This document shows, in pieces, positions 52,401 to 62,700 of a DNA stretch of 64,000 nt; position 1 is the stretch's first letter, and every line of letters starts with the position of its first letter. Below the pieces are notes generated by a model. It saw only the letters and a program-made list of their open reading frames with translations, did no database searches and was not told the DNA's origin. The position numbers and the translations under genes were made by a program. Source of the DNA: Cenococcum geophilum (lineage: Eukaryota); the NCBI GenBank assembly GCA_050273025.1, contig CP158635.1, positions 28,396,001 through 28,460,000 on the forward strand. Direction: 5' to 3'.

Positions 52401-54652
52401 TTCTTAGTGGGACTACTACTTCTAGGGGCTATTAGTCTCCCATTGGGCAAAGAGTCTGTTAAATAGTGTACCCTTTATTCGCCCAATAATATAGCCAATC
52501 TTAGTGTCTTCCGTAGAAAAAAGGCAGGCGCTTTAAGTTAGTTTCTTACGGATTTATATCTTCTAGTAGCTGTATTCTTTGCGGTCTCCCTAGAAAACTA
52601 GGGGATTAGGGTAACGTATATTAGACCCTACGGTAGCAGCTTAGGTTCGGTTGTTATAGCTTTTGTTATTACTTTAGTAGGGGTTCCTGTTAGGTAAGGC
52701 TGCTTAGCGCTAACTCTCCGTTAAGCGTTAAGTAGGTGAAGTTGCTGGGGGCGTAGAGACTTAAGTGGCGTTATATACAGTAGAGAGGTATCTAGCGTTA
52801 TTACAAATATACTTATTAAGCTAAGATTATAGGTATTTAATTATGCCTTCTCTTTTAGTAACTATAGCAATAAGTACAATCTTAGCCTTCTTTAACTATT
52901 AGACGTCGCGTTTAGACACGCGGAGGTTGTCTTTAGTTTCTTAACGCGTGTTATCGGCGAGCGCCTCGCGAGCTTATAGGTCTTAGATAATATTACGATC
53001 TTAGGCAGTACGCATCTCGGCTTATATAAGCTTTAGGTAGTAGTTCTATAGAAGGCGGTAGTATTTATCAGGTTCTCGTGCTACTATTTTTATAAACATC
53101 TCGGCGTCTCATATTTCGATTTTAATAAATAGTAGCCCTTCCGCTTGCTTGTCTGTAGTTATATAGTTAATAAAAGATAAGACATTGTTGGTGTCTATCT
53201 CCTTAGGGGTTAAGGCTAGGGCTAATAAATTAAATTCTCCTGGGATTGATTGGCGTTATAAGTTAAGTATAGGTATTAGATTGTTCTTTAGGTTTAACAT
53301 AGTAGCTAGTAAGAAATATCGTCTTACTATCGTGGGTTCCTTGGAAGTATAAAGTAAGGTAACTCGTAGGTACGCTGCTTCTGGCAGCGCCTATAGTATT
53401 ACAGAGACGTAGAATTGGTCGTAGGCTGGGTGTCGGTGGTAAAAAGGCGTAATGTAATATTATGGGACGGGGCAGTGGCTATAAAACGTATGTATTCAAG
53501 GAGTCTACAAGACGTTACGCGATCGATCGTAAGGGTCGAGGGCGTAAGGAGGTAATATACCTACGCGTAGCTAACATAAGCTGTACGCGAGGTATACGCG
53601 AAAGCACGGGGCTCTCCTATGGAGGCCCCTGCGGTGGGGTTCCGTAACATAGAGGTATAGCAGGGCTAGAGATAACTTTACTATAAATAACGAACGTTAG
53701 GAACTCTAAGGAACCTAATTAGTAGCTAGTAATAGACGTTAGCTAAGCAGATAGAGAGGCATTAAAGAAGGTAGCTACTACTAAAGTAATAAAGTAAACC
53801 ATTATATAAGGTATAAAAGATATTAATAGGCTTACGGGAGCTATATTTAAGGACTTCCGCATATAGTAACTAAGTAATAGCGCGAGCATTATTAAATTCT
53901 TAGTGGAAAAAGATAAAGAAGCTACGTTTAGGTAGACAACTGCTTAATGGCTTAAACTATATATTCTTAGGGTAAGGTTTATTAGACCTAAGTAGTACGC
54001 GGTTAAGGCGGACTGGGTTAAAGTACCTCTAGCGATAAATATTAATAGCGGAAAAGTAAGTAAGTTAGCTATAGAGCGCTTTAGGATAGAGAATAGTGTA
54101 GAAGTATATATAATAAGATAGCTTAAATAACTAAGGCCGCGCGGCTAGCACGTATTAGTAATTATTAAAGTGGCAATAAAGGAGGATATAGAGAAGCTAC
54201 TTATGGCAAAGAACGTGTTATTTAGGGGAGATGCGATTATTATATTACCATTTAAAGAGAGATATACCCTATAGTATGCTATAAATATAAAACGTTTAGA
54301 TATAGGGCTAGAGATTATACGCGACCTAATATATACAAAATATATAGGAGGGAAGGCTATTTTTAGTGTAAGACAGTTAATCTACACTACGTAAACTACT
54401 AGGGTCCTTACTAAGCCTTATACCGTAAATGCCTAGTTTATAGGAAGAGATGGATAGGATTTTTACACGATAGCGCTATAAATAGAGAACTTTAGATTAT
54501 CTAGGTGAATATAAGGAAGTGTAGGGAAACGTAGTATGCGCTATATAATAATAAAGCGCTAGCGGACTTCTACTTTATTCTAGGTTAGGAACCTTACTGC
54601 TTTCTCTTAAATAGGGAAGTAGTACTAGCTGGCTTAAATCCCTAGTAAATAA
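46463..54652 (+). mobile_element. Tad1-like LINE, copy 2 (longer ORF1 plus the start of ORF2; 3'-truncated), interrupted by Gypsy D
   Basis: 47069-47304 and 53650-54652 align with 8539-9773 of copy 1, which preserves the empty site (gctagtagaggcacag at about 8765-8780). Putative ORF1 ATG at 46463; the 5' boundary is uncertain. Confidence 0.85.
47305..53649 (-). mobile_element. Ty3/Gypsy chromovirus D (Maggy-like organisation), full length
   Basis: 192-bp LTRs at 47305-47496 and 53458-53649 with tgtcacgg...ccgtgaca ends; TSD tggag/tagag; PPT complement at about 47500-47510. gag ATG at 53300; RT YLDDILIYSDD at about 50350-50383; chromodomain EE(W)TV(E)RIIDSKYFG...QPEWQ at about 47850-48025. 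Confidence 0.96.
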
Positions 54653-56091
54653 TTTCTAAATTAGGGTTACCTTTTATGGCTTAGTCGCAAAGGGCCTTTA
54701 GGGAGTTAGCTATATAGTTTATAGTTAGGATATAGTTAACTAGTCCTATTAGTTTATTTAGGACTTCTCCTTTTATAGGTGCTAACTTATTCTATTTAGA
54801 GTATAGCCTTTTAAAAATCTATAGGTTAAGCTATTTAGGACAAAGGAGTGCCTATATCTAGTGCTAAGCCTTTAGCTCGTCCTAAGGACTTATATCCTAT
54901 TCCCTTTAGGTTAGGGTATTAGCCTAGGAGTTTTATTTATTAGGATAGTATATAATTATAAAAAAGAATTAAAAGAGTATTTTAGCCTACTAGGCTTATT
55001 AACCGGTAAGTTGCTTTGTTATTATAAAATACTTTAGGGCTTTATAATCTATATATATATCTTAATTTAGAAGTATATACCTTTAAGCTCTACGTGCTAT
55101 TAAAATAGCAATTAAATTATAGCTACTATTTCTTTATTATATATTTTATAGTTATACTTAGCCGGGTTTATTATTTTTAAAAAGAAAGTAATAGGGTACT
55201 ATTCGCCGTCCAGATATAGCTATAATAGGATTCCTGCTATACCTTTGTTAGAAATATCTATTTCTAGTATTAATTTAAGGTCTAGGTTATAGTGTTAGAG
55301 GATTAGAGAAAAGATAAGCCGAATTTTTAGCTCTTTAAAGGCTTTTATATAGTTATTATTAAAGATAACAGGCGTGTCTTTCCGGGTAAGTTATATAAGA
55401 GGCTTAGCTATAACTCTATAGTTATAGATAAACTAGTAGTAAAAGTTATAAAAGCTAAGGAAAGACTAAATCCCCTTTATAGTATAAGGAGGTTTTTAGT
55501 TATAGATTACTTTAACCTTCTTAAGATTAACCTTAATTCCTTTTATAGTAATAATAAACTTAAGATAATTTATACGTTTACTCCGAATTCGCATTTTTTA
55601 ATATCTACTTATAAGCCTACGCTATAAGGGTACTTTTAGTCCCTTACTCGGCTATATCCTAGGAGCTCTTAGGGGCTGCCAAGGCTAGCCTTCGGCTAGG
55701 CCTTAGCCACCCCTTATAAGCTCCTCGGGCTTACAGCCTCCTTCCTCCCCTATTGGTTCGTCTCCGTACGAGGCTATTACCTACTCTTTACTATATCGTC
55801 CTCTTCCATCGACTCTCCTTGTGACTCATGCTCGGCTTACCTGCTCCCTACCGTACACCCTGGCAATACTGCCTTACATACGCTCTGTAGTCTTTTTAAA
55901 CCCTTTTAAATATAAACTTAATACTTAAGTTTGTTATCTAGGTAGGCTATATAGAATTAATTAAGGTGGTTAAAAAGGATGTTATTTATATACCTTTAGT
56001 ATATAGCTAGCCTATTTATTAATTTAAAAGGAAGAACTTTATATTTATAGGACCTATAATAAATATAAAATGTTATTAAGTCCTTAGCTAT
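54653..56091 (-). mobile_element. Gypsy pol fragment (RT-RNase H) of another family, interrupted by a solo LTR
   Basis: De-RIPed KVLPF.L.NGPATYQRYMN...AYLD at about 55935-56045; KKCEFGVK...GIQSFLGFCNFY at about 55440-55600; RNase H HPV.FF...NCYF at about 55105-55200. Confidence 0.8.
55623..55878. mobile_element. Solo LTR, 256 bp
   Basis: t(g>a)taagg...ccttaca ends; TSD tacgc at 55618-55622 and 55879-55883. Confidence 0.88.
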
Positions 56092-56915
56092 TATCACGGA
56101 GTAAGTATAAGCGACGATAATATATAGCAACGTAGATATTATTAAGCTATATATATAAACTGTATAAGGAGGTTAAGACGTTATATAAGGAAAGAAGGTA
56201 GGAAAACGGGAAGAAAGGGTATATATTGTTAACTTAGTTGCTTAGTTAACATATATATAGGTAGAATAGGGTTTAGGTTATAGTCCTAGTAAAACTTAGT
56301 AGAATTTAGTAGAACTTAGCAGAATATAGCAGAATGCTATAGATTGCCGTTAAATTACTATTAAATTGCTATTAAATTGCTATTTCGCGGTTAGTCTCTA
56401 ATTGCTAAGTTAGTAAAAATAGGTAGACGTATATAAGGTGTTACGGGGGTATCCTGTAATAGTACCCCCCCTTTAAACTTAAGCTTCTGCGAAATAGGGC
56501 TATAGTAGTTCTAGGTAAAGTTTATAAAAGTCTTCTATAGCTTATATAAGTCTTATAGAGTTAACGGGTTCCTATAAGGACTTAGTAAAGCCTCTCCATT
56601 TCGTAAGATATATATATTAGTATTTCCGTTTATTATACTTAATATTATTAATTCTTTTAATAAAGTACTCGTTCTTACTATCTACTTTAACTAGTAGGGG
56701 AGGGTCTTATATTTATTTAGGCAGGGCGTCTAATATAGGGGTAGTAGGGTAGAGGACTGACGTATAGAATATGGGGTGGATTTTAACCGTATTAGGGAGC
56801 TTTAGTTAGTAGGTATAAGGAGAAATAACCCTTTTAACCTTATAAGGGCTAGCGTTCTTCTAATTAAGTTTTTTAGTAGGTTGTTTTGTATTTAGATTTC
56901 TTATATCTAGCTAGA
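56092..56915 (-). mobile_element. 3' end of Gypsy E (3' LTR, chromodomain, integrase tail)
   Basis: LTR at about 56092-56461 (tatcacgg...ctgtaata), followed by the PPT complement ccccccc. Chromodomain ENEYFI(E)RIN.....YLTKWRGF...(W)EP at about 56560-56680; KKL(DW)KNASPY at about 56840-56876. The LTR contains 10- and 11-bp tandem units at about 56285-56385. Confidence 0.8.
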
Positions 56916-58180
56916 TGTTACGGTACTAACCTATCTTATACTATTTCCTACTATTGGCTGGCCCACTCCTAGCGCCTTGGCGGCTGGCCCTACTATATAT
57001 ATACAATACCCCTTTCGCCTCTTCTCCTCTTTATACAATAACGTAATTATTTAGTCTACTTTACTGCAGTACTATAATAGTTTGTGGTATCTCCTCTTGC
57101 GCCCCATCGCGATCTTTATTTTTTTAGTTTATCGCCTTTATCTATAGTCTCTATTTTTCCTAGTATAATCGCGACCTGGCGCAACTAATAATACTATACC
57201 ATAGTCCTAGTATAGCCTTAGTATAGCCTTAGTATAGTCCTAGATAGTTTTAATAACCTTAGTATTACAGTTAGCCTTATAAGATTTTAATTGCCCTACC
57301 TAGATCCCTTAGAATGGGCGACTAAAATATAAATAAAACCCCGTTAATAAATATACGCAAAGCACTCGCCTACCTCTTTAATACTACCTACACTAATATT
57401 ACCTAGGCGATTAGGAACGGTCCTAAGTACCCTAAGGACCTTAATATAGTAAAAACCTTCTAGCACTTCTCTATATGTATAACCTTTTTAACTAGTGTTA
57501 AGAGCGGTCTCTAAACAGTCTATAATAAAGGTTAAACTATAAAGTCCTAACTTAAAGAAGCTTAGCATAGAATTAACACCTTTATAACGCCCAAACTATA
57601 TATATAATAATATAAACAGTAAGGTTTTGTATATACTAAGACTATATAAAGTCTAAGCTCTTAGATCGCTATACTTACTTAAGCTATTACTAATAAGAAC
57701 ACAAACCCTATAACTAGCTCCCCTCTTCTAGCTAAGCCCCGTAGGAAAAAGCGTAAAGTAAAAGATTTAACCCTATTTAACGGCAAGGGATCACTAATTA
57801 AAAAGCAAGAAAATTTTAAAATATAGGAAATAAAGATCTAAGATATTTTCTGGAGGGATATAAAGTGCTTTAAGACCCTAATAGACGAAGTCCTCTATAT
57901 GTCAGACATGCTAATAGATAAGGCCTATAACTATATTAAATATGGCCTTAATATACTATGTATATACCCGAATAATCTAAGTAAATGGGCCTTTTCTAAC
58001 CAAGAATTTATGTTTATATATATAAGAAGACACTATAAGACTATAGATATAACCCAAGCGGCTAAAAATAAGTTGGATACTTTATATTAAGGTAAGTATA
58101 ACTACTGGTCCTAAAAAGCAGAGCTTAATAAGTTAATAATTAAAGTAAACAAGACTAAGGAATAAAAGGTGGATTTACTT
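56916..58180 (+). mobile_element. 5' end of Gypsy F (164-bp LTR and truncated gag)
   Basis: LTR at 56916-57079 with a 12-bp terminal inverted repeat tgttacggtact / agtactataata (RIPed). gag-like frame from about 57314 includes ORF 57899..58090 (KAYNYIK...QAAKNKLDTL). Confidence 0.75.
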
Positions 58181-59524
58181 TTAATCCTTATCCTCTAGGT
58201 TTCCATAATTTCTTATTTTATTTTCTGGATTCTTTAGTACTACTTAGGTCTATTAGCTCTGCGCTATACTATAGTTTTTAACTTAGCTTTAGTTATTGCG
58301 TACTCTGCGCCTTATATAACTATAGAACTCTATCTTAGCCTCTCTTGGCCTATTCCCTTTGGTAGATCTAATTATTAATCTTAATTACTTAATCTATTAA
58401 TTTCCTTAGGGTGTCCGCATCTTCTATTAGGATAATTACGTCCTAGACTTTAGCCTTAAGTCCTTGCTTATACTGTGCCATAAGCGCCCTATTATTCTAC
58501 TCTACTTACGTCGCTAACGTTTGGAACTATATTATATACTTAATTACTAAGGTTTATTATATAATATCTTAGAGTTTCCTCTTTACTATAGTTATTGCCT
58601 CTAGGTCTCCGAATATCTGGGTAAGTTATTCTACAAATCCATTCTAGCTTAAGAACATAAACCGTACCTCCTGGTTGGTGGTCGTTATGCTATTCGCTTA
58701 TATCTCTATAAGGTAAGGCTTAAACTACTTAAGTGCCCTTCCTATTAAGAACAGTCCTATATACACTATTTAATCCATAGGTATTGCTAGCTTTACTCCT
58801 TTCTATATAACCTTAAAGTGCATTTATATAAGGAATCCTTTAAGCTTTAATCTCTCTCCTAAGTACCTTTTAATTAATAGTAACTTAACCTTTGCTGCGC
58901 CTATTCCGTTAATCCTATTTTTTAATATTGCATTATTTTCTATTAACTAGTTAACTATCTCTTATAACTATCTAACCGTTACAGGTTGCTATAAGTTAGT
59001 ATCTGCTATACTAGTATCGTTACCTAACCTTAAAGTAGTTGCCGCCGTCAATAGCGTCATAGCTGGTGCTTTTGGTGGCATATTATTTAACTTTATTAAT
59101 ACTATAACCTTAGTAGTGAATATATAATAAAGCCTTATAGCAGGAACTACGGTAAACTTATTAATGGGCTGGGTATATAAGTAAATAAGAAGTTAACAAC
59201 GTAATAATAACTAGTAGAGTGGTTGCCTAATAGATTAACTCTAATTATATTCTAAGATTTACTATAAAGGAGAGAACTATTTGGGTAGGGACTATGGTCC
59301 TTTAAATACACAACCATACTCCTAAGAAATCCCCTTTATACGTGTTATACATACGTTCCTCTTGTATACTGCGTACACCGCATACAACGTTATATGACCT
59401 TGGTTACTATTCTTCGTCATATAGCTCTATCGGCTCTATCCTGGACCGTGCCCGAATTAACTAACTAGCTTCTTTTAACTCCTCTCCAAGTAGTTATAAC
59501 ATTGTACTTAAAGCGTCCGTAACA
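58181..59524 (-). mobile_element. Second, truncated copy of Gypsy B (5' LTR and gag), inverted
   Basis: Reverse complement of about 26211-27570. LTR at 59123-59524 is 402 bp, about 18 bp shorter than the 420-bp copies. Confidence 0.92.
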
Positions 59525-59769
59525 TCCTCCTTATAACTAGGTTAGCGTTATATCTATAATATTATAGTTAATTACTATAGGCAGATCTAAGTCAGCCTTA
59601 GCCCCCCCCTACTACGGATTAACGTTAATAGAGAGGCAGGAACCAGCAAATTGTATCTTATTACTATCTTCTTTACTACACTCTATAATATAGTAAGGGC
59701 TAATAGTAAGCCGTTACTATTAGCTTGAGCTGCTTCTACTAGGGTAGCTACTTTTAGTATTAATAGTAG
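59525..59769 (+). mobile_element. Fragment of the same Helitron family (PIF1 motif I/Ia), wedged between two LTRs
   Basis: Reverse complement of about 2258-2500; reads LRINVN(G)EAGT(G)K.HLI...A(P)T(G)VA(A)F(G)IN. Confidence 0.9.
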
Positions 59770-62700
59770 TGTAGGAGGGTACGACCTCTCTAAGATAGGA
59801 AAGTCTTAGTGCTATCTGTCAGTCAGTCGGTTAGTCTATTAGTTGGTTACAATTAGTTAAAATTAAGCAGTAAGAAGAGAAAGAAAAGAGTGTATTAAAG
59901 GAAAGTTGTATATTTATTAGTGTTGCCTAAGTTATTAAAGACTCTAAGGGCTCTAAACCGACCTATATAACTATAGAAGGCCTAGGCTCTCCCAAAGCTA
60001 TACCTAATCTAGATATTAAATCTAGGGGGCTAAATCACACCACTACATACCTCCCCTACCTAAGTTGTTATCCCCTAACAACTTCCAAAACTCTAAAACT
60101 CCTTATCTTTAAAATAAAGGCGCAGTAGGTAACTATATACGCTCCTTACCTTTACCACAAACCCAAGATAGTAAACAAGGAGACTCCGTTCTGGTTAAAT
60201 AAGACTATTTTCGTCCGCCTGGCTAAGTAGTATAAGATATATTATACTAGCGGCTCTTAGATAACATTTATTCTTTCGCGTCCTTCCACTTACTTAGTTC
60301 TATCCTATAATTCTTTAGGCAATTTCGCATAACTCTATCCTTTTGCAATAATTAGGGGTACTTTACTTAGATCTACCGCAATAGTTCAAGGATCGATTCT
60401 ATTATTAACGCAGTAAAAGTATAAGCAGCTATTGAAGCGCTCTATTTTAGTTATATATATAAGCTAAAACGCATCCTTATAGTTCTTAATGGCCTTTAGA
60501 CGATAGGAATGCATCTATTTTATAACTTTATTTCCGTTACCAGTAAGAAGAAGATTACAATTCTAAATTACTACTAGAGAATCCTATTGTTGTTTACTAA
60601 AAAGGGCGTTAGATAGAGCGCTAGCAGCTATAAGCTTAACTACTATAGGGAAGCGATATAGAATTGCCCTATAGAGATTAGTATGTCTAGACGGCGTATA
60701 GGGCGGCGCTCTTAAGTCTTAGTGTACATCTGCTAACTCTGCCTAAGTACCTCCTTTAGTAACCTTAAGGTTATTATAATTATCCTAAATACTAATAAAC
60801 TATAATAGTATTGTTCGCTAAGTTCTAATTAAATGTCCTTTCGCTTTATAAGGAAGGTAAGGCATAGTTATACGTATATCTCCTTTTTTATATAGCCTTG
60901 CTACCTAGTCGGTTATATACTTTTCTACGTCTTTAGCGGTCTAGTCTTAGTTAGAGATCTTATAAACAAATCCATCGCCCTTAGTTAATCCTCACGCCTT
61001 AAAATCCTCCTACTATAATTCTAGGTGGTAATATATGCCAGGTAGAATAATCGTGCAGTTATCCTTAGTCTTATTATCTAAAGAAACGCTTCCTTAGATT
61101 ATATTAGCACTATATCCACTTTTAAAAAGTAAGGGAATATTAACGTTAATATAGCGGAAAGCTGTAAAGTCTCCTTTAACCGCGAATTTTGTATAATAAG
61201 GGTAGGAAATAAGTCGCCACTAGCTATTAGGTCTAAGAGCGCAATAGAAATAATAATACTAAGGGTCTTATCTTATTAGCTATTAGCAGAGACTATAAAC
61301 TATTGTTCTTAACTAGCTATAATTTAGCCGCCCATTAATTAGACGTTAATAGTGGCGGTATATACGTATTTCCTTATTAATTATCGCCGAGATACTAGAA
61401 TTCTACTACCATCTAAATATATTTAAAATTACAGATCCTTCTTACTGCCACACTTCTTAGTCTTTTAGTGATATTATCTAATTAAGCAAAGCCTCTCTAT
61501 TATATAAAAACCTTAGCGCTAAGGTATAAATAAACTTATACAGTTTTAAGAAATTAGATAGAACTAGAGGTTTATAAGCCTTTCTAAACTAAGAGTACGT
61601 AGTAGGATCAGTTTTTATAGTGCTAAGTTGGTTATAAGCGTAATATATTAAACGGAGTCTATAATATAGTGCGGTATAGTTTAGACCCTTTATTACTAAA
61701 CCTATACGTCCTTCTATAGCTTATATATGTATTTAGCAGACCTTATATATCTCTAGATTAGAACTAGCTGCCCTATACTAACTACGTAAGAGTTTTATAA
61801 CCTTAGTTAATTTAATTTTAGTGGTTTAGTTTAGGGACGCCTTAAAATAAGCGGGCACGTTATCCTTATAGTTATACCCTCGTTTTGCACAGAGTACCGC
61901 TATAGTATTTATAGCCTCCTTAATATACTCCTTATTATCTCCTAGCTTAATAACATTCTTATTAAATATTAATGCTACCCCCAGCCCTTCTACTTCTGGG
62001 TAAGTAATTATCAGCCCTTTTCTTAGATTCCTCTTTAATAAAGATATTAGCAGCCGTGAAGGTAAGCTAATAGGCGTTCCAGCTGCGAGAATGCTCTTAT
62101 TTATAGATAATAATAGTAAGTTAACTAATATAGGTAATCCTTGTTAGGACGGGCTTGGCATAATACTAATACCTCCTCTTTAAACAGGTATTAATGGCTA
62201 AAAAGCTAAGGGATTTATTACGTTAGAAGTATATTATAAATGTATTCGCAATATAAGAGCTAAGCTCTCTCCTACTTGTCTAATTTTAACATTAGTGACC
62301 TTTAGTCCCACAGTAATTAGTCTCCTACTTCTTAGTAGTAGGTCCTTGTTTAGAATAAAGAAACTAGTTAAGTGTCTTCCTAAGCTATAATTATTTACCA
62401 CCTAGTCTAATACCGCCCTTCCTAGCATCTTTGGCGCGAGCGCGAAATTAGTTAGCTATAGTTAAGTAGTATTCTTAATACTACGTCCTAGATATTCAAG
62501 CCTATTAATTAGGGCCTTATTAACTTATACTGTTACTTTATAAAGTGGGTAGACGGTAAGATTTTAGGCGGTAAAAAGGAAGTAGTAGAAGACCGCGTGT
62601 TTAAGTAGACCGTTAAGAATACCTTATCCCTAAGACTTTTAGATAGTTTCTCTAGCTTTATTACACTAATTTCTTTAATCTTTTGCCATCTTATTAACGT

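Noticed and set aside
53462..53647. 61-aa ORF
   Set aside because: Lies wholly within an LTR; its ATG comes from a C>T change absent in the other LTR copy.
57086..57092. tggtatc as a tRNA-Met PBS for Gypsy F
   Set aside because: Only 7 nt match, offset from the LTR end, and it does not continue as agagc.
60190..60430. Alternative frame resembling a telomere-linked RecQ helicase C-terminus
   Set aside because: No helicase motifs upstream; the continuous frame is the dioxygenase-like one.
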